DNA of 63,936 bases, counting the filler, from an uncultured bacterium (GTDB lineage: Bacteria; Hinthialibacterota; Hinthialibacteria; Hinthialibacterales; Hinthialibacteraceae): assembly GCA_964449065.1 (NCBI GenBank). It is 4 parts of 4 records of this genome, joined end to end, with 100 filler letters (N's around TTAATTAATTAA, not from the genome) between each part and the next. Parts side by side here need not be neighbours in the genome. Positions count along the whole stretch, not along the records: positions 32,720 to 48,872 come from CAYVAZ010000091.1; positions 48,973 to 63,936 come from CAYVAZ010000108.1; 2 more parts are not named here. One strand, written 5' to 3'. Below the pieces are notes generated by a model. It had not been told where the DNA came from. It worked only from the letters and a program-made list of their open reading frames with translations, and did no database searches. Of this stretch, positions 45,311 through 55,397 are shown piece by piece. Within the stretch, counting starts at the first letter, position 1. Each line of letters begins with the position of its first letter. The position numbers and the translations under genes were made by a program.

Positions 45311-46509
45311 GGTTTTTTGCTCTCCCCATCGTTATGGATAAATTCGGAAATATGTTGTACGGCTGAAACCAATTCATTGGGCTGATGCGCCGCGCTTACC
45401 GACAAGCGTAGACGGGCGGTGCCTTCCCGTACAGTCGGAGGGCGTATCGCGGCGGTGATGAATCCTTTGCGCTTGAGTTCACGCGCGCAGGCCAGCGCCC
45501 TTTGGCTTTCTCCTACTTTGACCGGAAAAATCGGCGATGGCTCATCCGGCAGGGCAAAGCCGGATGCCTGCAAGGCTTCACGCATGGCGTCCATGTTGGC
45601 TTTCAGGCGGTTGCGCAAACTGGCATCGTCACGAATTCGTGTGATGTTAAAATGCGCCATTCCCGCCAGCAAGGGAGATATACCGGTTGAGTAGATAAAC
45701 GGGCGGCAGTGATTGATGAGAAAATGAATCAGTTCTTCCGAAGCGCAAATATAGCCGCCTTGCGTGCCGACCGCTTTGCTGAGCGTGCCCATCAACAGTA
45801 CATGCTTCTCCCACTTGAGCCGGCAATACGACCAGCAGCCGGCTCCCTGCTCTCCCATAATGCCGGTGGCGTGGGCTTCATCGACAGCCAAAAGCGCGCC
45901 GTGTTTCTTCGCCAGGGTGTTGAGTTGCTTTAGCGGGGCCAAATCGCCGTCCATAGAAAACAAACCGTCGGTGATGATCAGCTTCTTTCCGGCTTTACTC
46001 TTCTTCAAAGAGGCTTCCAGGTCTTTCATGTCTCTGTGCTTGTAGCGAAATAATTGCGCGCCGGAGAGCAGGCAGCCGTCGATGATAGACGCATGGTTCA
46101 GCTTATCGCAAAAGACGGCATCCCCTTTGTTGAGCAACGTTGTGAGCACCCCCAGATTCATCTGAAAGCCGGAAGGAAACACCAGCGCCTTTTCGGTCCC
46201 CTTCCATGCGGCCAGCATTTTTTCCAACTCATTGTGGATGGTAAATGTTCCGGTAATCAGCCGCGATGCCCCCGCGCCGATGGGAAGAATTTCGCCCAAG
46301 ATCTTCGCTTCTTCCAGCGTTTGAAAATCCTTCGCGAGTCCCAAATAATCGTTGGATGAGAGGTTCACTAATCGTTTGCCCTCTTGCAGAACGGTGCCGG
46401 GCTCGGCGGTATCAAACACGGAGAGCACCCGTTCACGGCTTTGGTCTTGGGTTTTTTTTAGTTGGATTTGAAAGTACCGGTTCCACGTGTTTTTTTTGCG
46501 CTCAGCCAT
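45307..46509 (-). CDS. bioF: 8-amino-7-oxononanoate synthase (class II PLP aminotransferase)
   Basis: SNDYLGL, NHASIIDG, FSMDGD, VDEAHA, GTLSKA and IRPPTV. Confidence 0.9.
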   Translation of the reverse strand: MAERKKNTWNRYFQIQLKKTQDQSRERVLSVFDTAEPGTVLQEGKRLVNLSSNDYLGLAKDFQTLEEAKILGEILPIGAGASRLITGTFTIHNELEKMLAAWKGTEKALVFPSGFQMNLGVLTTLLNKGDAVFCDKLNHASIIDGCLLSGAQLFRYKHRDMKDLEASLKKSKAGKKLIITDGLFSMDGDLAPLKQLNTLAKKHGALLAVDEAHATGIMGEQGAGCWSYCRLKWEKHVLLMGTLSKAVGTQGGYICASEELIHFLINHCRPFIYSTGISPLLAGMAHFNITRIRDDASLRNRLKANMDAMREALQASGFALPDEPSPIFPVKVGESQRALACARELKRKGFITAAIRPPTVREGTARLRLSVSAAHQPNELVSAVQHISEFIHNDGESKKP

Positions 46510-46656
46510 AATACATCCTAACTCTCATCTTGATTGTCTTTGCATATTGTAGAGCCTCAAGACGGGTGTCAATCGGCAGGGGAATCGGCGGTAAGTTGAT
46601 TCAATGTGATTGCTGTATATGATGATTTATCCAGAAAGAACAAGAGAAGGAAGTCC

Positions 46657-47577
46657 ATGAACCTATTTCGATATAATACGATTCGCGTATTCACATTAAT
46701 TCTGATCTGCACCCTGTTGGCGTGCGTGCTGTTTCCGCCGATATGGTACGGCCTGCTATGGCTGTTTGGTGAGGCGTACCACTATTCTCCCGGCAGAACC
46801 TTTCGGCGGATTTGGCAGTGTAGTGTGTTGCTTGGATTGATTGCCTCCTACCGCTGGCTGGGGTTGCAGCCGCCCGGCAAGGTGGGGTATGACTGGAACT
46901 GGAACAGCCTGCGCAACGCGCTGATTGGAGTTGCCGTCGCGTGGACGTTTTTGTTTGGTCTGACGGGAATGTATTATGCGGCCGGATTGTGGAGTTTTTA
47001 TACCGAATATGATTTCGGTGAGATGACCGAAAACATTGGAGAAGGCTTTCTGCGCGGGTTGGCGGTCGCCGGGCTGGAAGAATACATCTTTCGCGGGTTG
47101 ATCTTTCTTTCCTTTTGCCGGAACTACAAATGGTGGCAGGCCGCTTTATTTAGCAGTTTACTCTTTTCCGCTTTGCACTTTTTACAAGGCCGGGGGCTGG
47201 CCGAATACGAATCCGTGGTAACGTGGGTGTCGGGCTTTTCTATTTGCGGCGGCCTGCTGTATGAATTGTTCATGCGCTTTCACGTCTTTCCCGATGCCGC
47301 AGGCCTGTTTCTCATCGGCCTGATCTTATGCTATGCCTTTCACAAAACCGGAACGCTGTGGTACAGCGTCGGCCTGCACGGCGGCTGGGTGTGGTTTGTT
47401 TCATTTCGCACCAGCATTTGGCGGGACGCGCATGAGGCGCCGCTGTGGTTTGGGGAGCGGCAACTCTTTGATGGGATTGTGCCCATGATCACGATGCTGC
47501 TGATTTTTCCGGTCAGTATGATGTTAATCCATAAAAAAATTCTCGTGAACAAACCAACATATCATCATCCTGAATAG
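46657..47577 (+). CDS. CPBP/CAAX family intramembrane metalloprotease
   Basis: EEYIFRG, FSALH and GLHGGW. Multiple TM helices. Confidence 0.88.
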   Translation: MNLFRYNTIRVFTLILICTLLACVLFPPIWYGLLWLFGEAYHYSPGRTFRRIWQCSVLLGLIASYRWLGLQPPGKVGYDWNWNSLRNALIGVAVAWTFLFGLTGMYYAAGLWSFYTEYDFGEMTENIGEGFLRGLAVAGLEEYIFRGLIFLSFCRNYKWWQAALFSSLLFSALHFLQGRGLAEYESVVTWVSGFSICGGLLYELFMRFHVFPDAAGLFLIGLILCYAFHKTGTLWYSVGLHGGWVWFVSFRTSIWRDAHEAPLWFGERQLFDGIVPMITMLLIFPVSMMLIHKKILVNKPTYHHPE

Positions 47578-47801
47578 TACACAGTGGATACTCGAATCTT
47601 ATCCGCAATAATGATCCCCCGGCAAAAATGAGAACACCCCCTATCATGAATTGGCTGAAATCATTGGAAAATACGCTCATCCAGGATACTGACGCGGTTG
47701 GCTAGAGCAATTCAGGTTTGCGTAGATAGAAAGAGATCGTCTTTGATCCCCCTTACCCCAATGTCATTGACTTTAGGAAATCAACCTGAAAAACAACGCT
47801 C

Positions 47802-48041
47802 TGTCTCCCCCAAAGCCTTTGGGGGAGATGTCCGACGCAAGGAGGACAGAGGGGGTGCGAAGAGAACCATAAACCAGAATGATTCAACCGATTGTTTAGA
47901 AGTCGTTTCCTGGGCAATCAAACGAAGCAATCGGTTAAGCCGTTTACCCCAACGGGGTTAAAGATGATAGCCAGGGGCAGAGTGACCGAAGGGAACGCCG
48001 CCTTTGGAAATGTGAGAGAAAATCTGACCCTGAAAGGGTCT
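47802..48041 (+). repeat. Composite repeat (75-bp module, GGCAATCAAACGAAGCAATC module, CCCCAACGGGG...CCCTGAAAGGG palindromes)
   Basis: 47802-47876 is identical to 11325-11399. 47898-47945 matches the reverse complement of 48825-48872. Confidence 0.75.
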
Positions 48042-48317
48042 AAGAAAAGAGTCGGTTCTTTAAGTCAATGACATTCCCTACCCCCCTTAATAAGGGTGGA
48101 AACAACGACAGATTCTGTCAATTCAACTCTGAAACGCTCTAGAAGACAAATATACGGTTGCCAAGAGGATATGAAATTTAGGAAGAGCGGGTCTTCCACC
48201 AAGTCATACGCGCCGAACCATTCAACCGGCATGGATTTTGGACATTCGCTGTTTCCGCTCCGATACGTTCTGGATAACATTGAAGAAAAGCGTATACTTA
48301 TGGGTGTGGGTAAATTT

Positions 48318-48617
48318 ATGAACGAACGGTTCCGCTCCGGCAAAGAACGCAGAAGCACCAAAGACCGGTTTGTCAGCATGGCAAAGACCGGCGGCTATCC
48401 CAGGGATGAACGGATACCTTGGTACAGACGCTCCAACCTGTTTTACCCGCTGTTAATGATTATCGTCTTCACGTTTTTGTTTATGGCGGCCCGGGTCATT
48501 TCTCAAGTCAACAAACAATGGCAGGAAGACGCCGTGTCCGAAGAAGAACTGGACTACGAAACCGCCCGCGAGATCTTTCAGTCATCCGGAGACAAAACAT
48601 CCGAAGAGAGCGAATAA
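48318..48617 (+). CDS. Small single-pass membrane protein
   Basis: Basic N-terminus, TM LFYPLLMIIVFTFLFMAA, acidic C-terminus. Start uncertain. Confidence 0.6.
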   Translation: MNERFRSGKERRSTKDRFVSMAKTGGYPRDERIPWYRRSNLFYPLLMIIVFTFLFMAARVISQVNKQWQEDAVSEEELDYETAREIFQSSGDKTSEESE

Positions 48618-48787
48618 TACCGTTTGAAATAAAACATGTCCGTTATCATTGTAGGGTAGGCTCAACACTGATTGAACTAGAATTACGCGTTATGTAAAAG
48701 CGGGAGCAAGTCTCAGTTGTATCACAATACTTTTTTCCGATAGCCCACCAGTCGTACCGAAAGCGGACAGTTCATTTTTCTTTGGTA
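48618..48787. mobile_element. MITE family B at a stop codon, back-to-back with a second copy from 48791
   Basis: TAA|TACCG...TGTCCG / CGGACA...TGGTA|TAA|TACCATTTCC. TAA duplicated on both sides. Confidence 0.75.
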
Positions 48788-48872
48788 TAATACCATTTCC
48801 AATTTGGATTGTTCACGAAAATCAAAACGGCTTAACAGATTGCTTCGTTTGATTGCCAAGGAAAATACTTCT

Positions 48873-48972
48873 NNNNNNNNNNNNNNNNNNNNNNNNNNNN
48901 NNNNNNNNNNNNNNNNTTAATTAATTAANNNNNNNNNNNNNNNNNNNNNNNNNNNNNNNNNNNNNNNNNNNN
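48873..48972. other. Artificial contig linker
   Basis: N-TTAATTAATTAA-N, 100 bp. Confidence 0.97.
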
Positions 48973-49080
48973 CCCCACCCCATTCTCACCGGTAATCAAA
49001 TTAATCTGCGCAAGCTTATCAATCACCAGATGATCGAAGGTGCGGAAGTTTTTTATCTCGAATGACGGCAGCATGGTCAT
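48973..49080 (-). CDS. N-terminal fragment of an AAA/ABC-type ATPase (truncated by contig end; not in ORF track)
   Basis: Manual translation MTMLPSFEIKNFRTFDHLVIDKLAQINLITGENGVG, which has the IKNFR motif and the start of Walker A. Confidence 0.75.
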
Positions 49081-49129
49081 GGCTTCTTACCTACAAATCA
49101 TATTTTCTATCCGGCTCGCTGTCGCGAGT

Positions 49130-49159
49130 AATGGGTCGTAACAACGCGACCCACTCTAC
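49130..49159 (-). repeat. GTAG-type REP
   Basis: Minus strand GTAG-AGTGGGTCG...CGACCCATT hairpin. Confidence 0.6.
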
Positions 49160-49210
49160 GGGTTTTTTTGCATATTCTTCTGTGTTTTCCGTGCCTCTGT
49201 GGTGCATCAT

Positions 49211-50284
49211 TTATTTTATCAGTTTTTTCACGGCTTGAATGGCTTTATTATCCGGCAGGATGTTGATTTCCGTGATGTATTCCTTCTCCTCGCCGGGTTT
49301 GAGGTGAAGCAGCGAACCATCGCCGCGGTCTTTGGCGCGGCCTTCCACACTGCAATTGCAGGGTTCGAGGCCGCAGACGTATTCTCCCATACCGGTATGT
49401 TTCCACTGCGTAAAGCGGTGAAACTCTTTTTTACGGAAAGCCACATGCACCCCCAGCCCCTGCCCGTTGTTAAATTTGGTATTGACCAATGCCGCGTGTG
49501 CCATACCTTTGCGGTCGGGTTTGATATCGTGGTAATACACGTTTTCTTTATACCCGGCCACCGGTTTTTCGAAGCGGTTAAACGTCTGAATCCCCTCTTC
49601 CGCCACCTCGTCGCGCGGAGTGACTTTGGAATTGATCAGCAGTTCGGTGTTTTCATCCATCACCGGATGGCCGATGTTAATGTGATAGAGATATTGATGC
49701 GGCTGCTTGGTAAAACCTTCATTGCTTACTTTATCTTGAATGCGGATGGTGTTGGTTCCTACCTCAGTTGAAATGGTGCGGCGGCAGACGATGTTCGGCC
49801 CAAACAACATGCTTTCACGGATTTCTCCCGATACCCACAAGCGGCGGGTATTGCCCTGCCATTCGTCTCCAATTTTCAGGTTGCGTGCTGTGATGTGAGA
49901 AAAGCGGCCGTGCAGCCCCAGTTCTTCGCCTTGGTCGGTATTGGGTGCCCCCGCCCAGGTCATACCGCAGGTGGTGAGCAAACCGCCAAAGAAGGTCTTG
50001 ATCCACTGGATGCCGCGCGGATCAAAATGCGCCGGATGCGCCTCCCCGCCGGGGATGTCAAACGAAATCGACGCCCCGCAGAATTTGGTGGATGCGATAT
50101 CCAACCCCCGGCTGGGGATCACATTAAAATACAGCCCGGTCCCGGTCTCGAATTGCAGCACTTCGGTGCCGTCTTCGGGGCCATCGACAAAACGCATACG
50201 GCGCACACCGCCCGCCTGCCATTCGGCTCCAATGTATTTTTTCAGCTGCTTACGGTTGAGTGGTTTTCCATACAATTGCGGCAT
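49211..50284 (-). CDS. Aldose 1-epimerase-like protein (DUF4432)
   Basis: RGLDI, FFGGLLTTCG, LHGR, LYHINIG and GLEPCN. AGGAG RBS. Confidence 0.88.
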   Translation of the reverse strand: MPQLYGKPLNRKQLKKYIGAEWQAGGVRRMRFVDGPEDGTEVLQFETGTGLYFNVIPSRGLDIASTKFCGASISFDIPGGEAHPAHFDPRGIQWIKTFFGGLLTTCGMTWAGAPNTDQGEELGLHGRFSHITARNLKIGDEWQGNTRRLWVSGEIRESMLFGPNIVCRRTISTEVGTNTIRIQDKVSNEGFTKQPHQYLYHINIGHPVMDENTELLINSKVTPRDEVAEEGIQTFNRFEKPVAGYKENVYYHDIKPDRKGMAHAALVNTKFNNGQGLGVHVAFRKKEFHRFTQWKHTGMGEYVCGLEPCNCSVEGRAKDRGDGSLLHLKPGEEKEYITEINILPDNKAIQAVKKLIK

Positions 50285-50394
50285 CACAACTCTCCTTATC
50301 CCTACCATTTCAGGGTTCTGTTGTAAGAATATTCCCATTCAGAATGTACTATCAGAGTAAAACAAAAAGCGTTACTGGTAAATTGATTCTATTC

Positions 50395-50427
<33 letters not shown>

Positions 50428-50483
50428 TTTTTTGGCGCATATTCGCGTTCATTCGCGGTTAAATTTATGAATAGGTAAGAGTT

Positions 50484-52022
50484 ATGAAACATGATGCGGT
50501 ATTGATATTGGATTTCGGCTCGCAGTACAGCCATCTAATCGCCCGGCGCATTCGGGAATTGGGTGTGTACTGCGAGTTGCACAGCTGCCTGATGCCGGTT
50601 GAGGAGATCAAAGCCTTTGCGCCGAACGGAATCGTGTTATCCGGCGGGCCGAGTTCGGTGTATGATGATGACGCACCTCATGCCGCCCCTGAACTATGGC
50701 ATTTAGGAATACCCGTTTTGGGAATCTGCTACGGCTTGCAGGAAATGATGCACGCGCTTGGCGGTAAAGTGTCGCCCAGCCCGCACCGCGAATACGGCCA
50801 TGCCGATTTGAACAACGTGCAGCCGGACGCCTTCTTCGACGGCATCGATACCCCCGCCCAAGTATGGATGAGCCACGGCGATAAAGTCACCGCCCTGCCC
50901 GAAGGCTTTGCGGATATCGGCCGGACGCAAAACTCGGAACATGCCGTGGTGGCCGACCGTTCGCGTCATTTTTATGGATTGCAGTTCCACCCTGAAGTCA
51001 GCCACACCCCGCGCGGAAAAGACATCCTCTCAAACTTTGTGCTGAAGATCTGCGGATGCAGCGCCGATTGGTCGATGGGCTCGTTTGTGGATGAGGCAAT
51101 CGCCAAAATCCGCGAACAGGTGGGCGACGGTACCGTCATCGGAGCGGTCAGCGGCGGGGTGGATTCCACCGTGGCGGCGGTATTGATGAACCGCGCCATT
51201 GGAGACCGCTTTAAAGGGTTTTTGGTCGATAATGGAGTTCTTCGGCTCAACGAAGCGCGGCAAGTCATGGAACGGCTGGGCAAAATCGAAGGGGTCAACT
51301 TAACGCTGATCGACGCGAAAGAACGCTTTCTTTCCAATCTCAAAGGCATCAGCGATCCCGAACAAAAACGCAAAATCATCGGCAATACCTTTATTGAAGT
51401 GTTTGAAGACGAAGCGCTCAAGCACGAAAATGCCGATTTCCTCTTTCAAGGCACGCTCTATCCCGATGTGATTGAATCAGTCTCGTTTAAAGGACCGTCA
51501 GCCGTGATTAAATCCCACCACAACGTGGGCGGTCTGCTGGAAGACATGAAACTCAAATTGATTGAACCATTGCGCGAACTGTTTAAAGATGAAGTCCGCC
51601 GGTTGGGCTTGGAATTGGGCATGGATGAAGAAGTGGTATACCGTCATCCCTTTCCAGGGCCGGGTTTGGCGATCCGCATTTTGGGTGAGATTTCAGAAGA
51701 ACAAATCCAAACCATCCAACTCGCGGACGCGATTTATATTGAAGAATTGAAGAAGGCGGGCTTGTACCGCAAGATCGGGCAGGCCTTTGTGGTATTGCTG
51801 CCGGTACGCTCTGTCGGGGTAATGGGAGACAACCGCACCTATGAGCAAGTCGCGGCCTTGCGCGCGGTCGAGACCACCGATTACATGACCGCCGATTGGT
51901 ACCCCATGCCGTACGAGGTCATCCGCACGGTATCCAACCGCGTCATCAACGAAGTCAAAGGCATCAACCGCGTGGTCTATGACGTCTCATCCAAACCCCC
52001 CAGCACAATCGAATGGGAATAG
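50484..52022 (+). CDS. guaA: GMP synthase (glutamine-hydrolysing)
   Basis: [33 protein letters not shown] and KPPSTIEWE. Confidence 0.98.
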   Translation: MKHDAVLILDFGSQYSHLIARRIRELGVYCELHSCLMPVEEIKAFAPNGIVLSGGPSSVYDDDAPHAAPELWHLGIPVLGICYGLQEMMHALGGKVSPSPHREYGHADLNNVQPDAFFDGIDTPAQVWMSHGDKVTALPEGFADIGRTQNSEHAVVADRSRHFYGLQFHPEVSHTPRGKDILSNFVLKICGCSADWSMGSFVDEAIAKIREQVGDGTVIGAVSGGVDSTVAAVLMNRAIGDRFKGFLVDNGVLRLNEARQVMERLGKIEGVNLTLIDAKERFLSNLKGISDPEQKRKIIGNTFIEVFEDEALKHENADFLFQGTLYPDVIESVSFKGPSAVIKSHHNVGGLLEDMKLKLIEPLRELFKDEVRRLGLELGMDEEVVYRHPFPGPGLAIRILGEISEEQIQTIQLADAIYIEELKKAGLYRKIGQAFVVLLPVRSVGVMGDNRTYEQVAALRAVETTDYMTADWYPMPYEVIRTVSNRVINEVKGINRVVYDVSSKPPSTIEWE

Positions 52023-52090
52023 AATTCAATTTTGTCCAATTCAAGTCTATAATGATTTAGGTCATATTTTAAGTCAGTTGAGATTGTCGG

Positions 52091-53398
52091 ATGAAAATCA
52101 CAAAAGTCGAAATATGCAATTTTAGAGCAATAGACAAACTTACAATTGAATGCTCGAAAAATCTGAATGTATTTGCGGGGATCAATGGTTCCGGCAAATC
52201 GACGATTCTTGATGCTCTTTCAATCATGCTATCCTGGGTGGTGAATCGTATCCCTAACGAATCTGTTAATGGTATGCATTGGTCTGATATGGATATCCGA
52301 AACGGAACTTCAAAAAGTTATATTGATATTCATATAAAAACTATAATAGATTTTAATCAAATCGATTCTTATAGATGGTATAAATGTCTATTCAGAAGAG
52401 GGACAACCAAGGATTTTAATTCATCATACAATGGGGCAAGTAAGCTTGCACAAAAGATTAGAGAAAATGCTCATCAAGATGGATTGCCATTAGTTGCTTA
52501 TTATCATTCAAAACGTAATGTAATTGATATCCCTTTACGAATCCGTAAAAAACATGAATTTGATCAGTTTGAATGTTACGATGAAGCCCTAAAAGGCGCA
52601 TCAAATTTCAGACATTTCTTTGAGTGGTTTCGCAATCGGGAAGATTTGGAAAATGAGAATAGAAAATATGCTGATAGCATTTTTGAACCGGATGATATTG
52701 AATTCCCAGATCGGCAACTTGAGGCAGTCAGGAAATCTCTTAAAGAGTTTCTCCCTCATTTTTCTGATTTTTCAGTGCGAAGAAACCCTCTTCGAATGGT
52801 GGCTTACAAGAACAAAAAAGAATACCGCATTGAACAACTCTCGGATGGGGAAAAAAATTTAATCGCGATGGTTGGCGATATCGCGCGCAGGCTGGCAATT
52901 GGAAACCCTCAAACGAACAAACCGTTAGCAGCAAGCGGTATCGTTTTAATTGATGAAATTGAACTCCACTTGCACCCCAGCTGGCAACGTGATGTCATCA
53001 AAAAATTAACCAAAACCTTCCCCAATTGCCAGTTTTTTATCACAACACATTCCCCCCAAGTTCTTGGTGAAGTAAAACCGGAAAACATCCGTCTTTTGGA
53101 TATCAATAAAGACGGAACGATTGAATGTTATATTCCGGATCAATCCTATGGACTGGAATCCAACGAAATATTAAACGAACTGATGCAGCCAAACGGCAAA
53201 GAAACGCTATCACGCAATACAGAAGTTGAAAAAGAATTAAAGCATATTTTTACATTAATTGATGAGGAGAATTTTGATCAAGCAAAAATTGAAATCAACC
53301 GTCTCAAAGAAGAATTGCATGGCAGTATCCCTGATTTAATTCATGCGGAATCGCTCATAACCATGCTTAGACCTTCATCCAAATCAAAGCGCAAATGA
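52091..53398 (+). CDS. ptuA: ABC/AAA_21-type ATPase, PtuA-like
   Basis: Walker A GINGSGKST, LSDGEK signature, VLIDEIELHLHP and TTHSP. AT-richer than flanks and coupled to an HNH gene. Confidence 0.8.
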   Translation: MKITKVEICNFRAIDKLTIECSKNLNVFAGINGSGKSTILDALSIMLSWVVNRIPNESVNGMHWSDMDIRNGTSKSYIDIHIKTIIDFNQIDSYRWYKCLFRRGTTKDFNSSYNGASKLAQKIRENAHQDGLPLVAYYHSKRNVIDIPLRIRKKHEFDQFECYDEALKGASNFRHFFEWFRNREDLENENRKYADSIFEPDDIEFPDRQLEAVRKSLKEFLPHFSDFSVRRNPLRMVAYKNKKEYRIEQLSDGEKNLIAMVGDIARRLAIGNPQTNKPLAASGIVLIDEIELHLHPSWQRDVIKKLTKTFPNCQFFITTHSPQVLGEVKPENIRLLDINKDGTIECYIPDQSYGLESNEILNELMQPNGKETLSRNTEVEKELKHIFTLIDEENFDQAKIEINRLKEELHGSIPDLIHAESLITMLRPSSKSKRK

Positions 53399-54030
53399 TT
53401 ACGATAAACAAGAATCAAGAACCAAACGAATTGTTGCAGTACCGCCAACAAACAAGCACCTCGTTTGATGCGATGGATGCAAGAGTAAAATCAGCCGTGA
53501 AAAATAGCCTCCTTGAAGAACAAGGGTGTCTTTGCTGTTATTGTATGAAGCGTATTAGTGAAACAAACATGAAAGTGGAACATTGGCATAGCCAAAAGCA
53601 GTATCCGCATGAACAATTATACTACCAAAATCTTTTAGCAGCTTGTCCAGGCAGATCAGAAAAGAAATACCATTGCGATACTAAAAAAGGCCATGATGAT
53701 TTAAAGTTTAATCCGGCTGACAAAAATCATCCCATAGAGAATTACGTCAAATATTCTGTAGATGGTGAAATCCAGTCGTTGGATACTGAATTTCACGAGC
53801 AACTTAATACCGTCCTGAATTTGAATGCTGACCGGTTAAAACTAAACAGAAAAAAAGTTATCGCTGCTATTTGGAAAGCATTGAAGAAACGTTCTGGCGT
53901 ACGAACTGCACAAAATATCCAAAACATAATTAACGAATGGCAATCTAAAGATGAAAATGGTCATTTGCAGGAATATTGCGGTGTAGCAATCTACTTCCTC
54001 AACAAAAGATTAAACAGAAGCAGCCGCTGA
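53395..54030 (+). CDS. ptuB: HNH endonuclease, PtuB/TIGR02646-like
   Basis: LLEEQGCLCCYC, VEHW, NLLAAC and HCDTKK. ATGA overlap with the ATPase. Confidence 0.8.
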   Translation: MITINKNQEPNELLQYRQQTSTSFDAMDARVKSAVKNSLLEEQGCLCCYCMKRISETNMKVEHWHSQKQYPHEQLYYQNLLAACPGRSEKKYHCDTKKGHDDLKFNPADKNHPIENYVKYSVDGEIQSLDTEFHEQLNTVLNLNADRLKLNRKKVIAAIWKALKKRSGVRTAQNIQNIINEWQSKDENGHLQEYCGVAIYFLNKRLNRSSR

Positions 54031-54294
54031 CCCCCTCTAATTCACCCAAGCCTTCCCACCCTTAAAGCGGTTGATATCCCCCCGGCACTGCAAACCGTTG
54101 GTGGTGTCATACCGCCAACTTAATTGGTGAATGGGTTCGACAAAGCCGCAGATGGATTTTCTTTAATTGCGCCGTCTACTTCCCAAAAATCTTATTAGAT
54201 ATTTCGACTGATTCAGTCAATCAGAATTGAGTTAGAATTATATTTAGACTAAAATGATCAACTTCAATAGTATCAAAGAAGGGGAGGTGCATCC

Positions 54295-55173
54295 ATGGGG
54301 AGCCAAGACCGCTACAACCAGCCGCTGGATAGTCTGGAAGATTGGGATGATTTTGTGGAGTCCCGCTATCCGGAGGAGGCGAATATTGATACCGGTGATA
54401 AAGCCAAGGAAGAATACCGCGATTACCGCAATACCGCGCGGGATTGTGTGAAAGAATTTTACCGCCTCAACCACACCCATCAAACGTATGATTTTGTGCA
54501 GAAAAAGAAAAAAAAGTATTTGGACCTGAACCGCTGCGAAATGGGAATATGGGAAGCGATTGAGCAGCTGAATACCTTGGTCGATGACAGCGACCCGGAT
54601 ATCGATCTCTCGCAGTTGGAACACCTGCTGCAAACCGCCGAAACCATTCGGCAGGACGGCCACCCCCGCTGGTTTGTTCTCACCGGTTTAATCCATGATT
54701 TAGGCAAAATTTTGTGCCTATGGGGCGAACCGCAATGGGCCGTTGTGGGCGATACCTTTCCAGTGGGATGCCGGTTTTCCGACAAAATTGTGTTCCCTGA
54801 GTTTTTTGAGGATAACCCCGATATCAACACAGCGGAATATCAAACTGAAAACGGAGTGTATGAAGAAGGCTGTGGGTTGGATAAGATTGATCTCTCATGG
54901 GGGCATGATGAATATCTTTATCATGTGGTGAAGGATTATCTGCCCGAACCGGCACTCTATATGATCCGCTATCACTCGTTTTATCCCTGGCACCGCGAAG
55001 AGCAGTATGTGCAGTTTATGGATGAGCAGGATAAAAAAATGCTGCCGTGGGTGCGGGCGTTTAATCCATATGATTTGTATTCGAAACTGCCGGAACCGCC
55101 TGATCATAAGAAATTGATGCCCTACTACCGCGATTTGGTGGATGAGTTCTTTCCGGAAAAACTGCGCTGGTAA
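54295..55173 (+). CDS. miox: Myo-inositol oxygenase (HD-fold di-iron)
   Basis: [49 protein letters not shown] and YDLYSK. Confidence 0.93.
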   Translation: MGSQDRYNQPLDSLEDWDDFVESRYPEEANIDTGDKAKEEYRDYRNTARDCVKEFYRLNHTHQTYDFVQKKKKKYLDLNRCEMGIWEAIEQLNTLVDDSDPDIDLSQLEHLLQTAETIRQDGHPRWFVLTGLIHDLGKILCLWGEPQWAVVGDTFPVGCRFSDKIVFPEFFEDNPDINTAEYQTENGVYEEGCGLDKIDLSWGHDEYLYHVVKDYLPEPALYMIRYHSFYPWHREEQYVQFMDEQDKKMLPWVRAFNPYDLYSKLPEPPDHKKLMPYYRDLVDEFFPEKLRW

Positions 55174-55397
55174 ATTTTGTTTTTTTACTACTTGGTTGTT
55201 GTGGAGCGAAGTTGTTTAGCTGCAGCTTTGAAAATGGTTTTTGTGCATAGACGGATCGCATTAAATTATTCGCAATGTCTATCGTCTTCTTCCTTTGGGT
55301 GAAGATAAGAGATGAGGGCGATAGATTTAGAGAATGATCAAAATTGCTTGCAAATCGTAATGCATGCACATAAAATTTAAATGAGTTGGATTGATTT

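Noticed and set aside
52023..54294. Complete retron
   Set aside because: No reverse transcriptase (YADD/VTG) ORF and no room for msr-msd next to the ATPase-HNH pair.
55349..55364. LacI-type operator upstream of the sugar permease (TGCAAATCGTAATGCA)
   Set aside because: Only one half-site fits the consensus, and no regulator is nearby.
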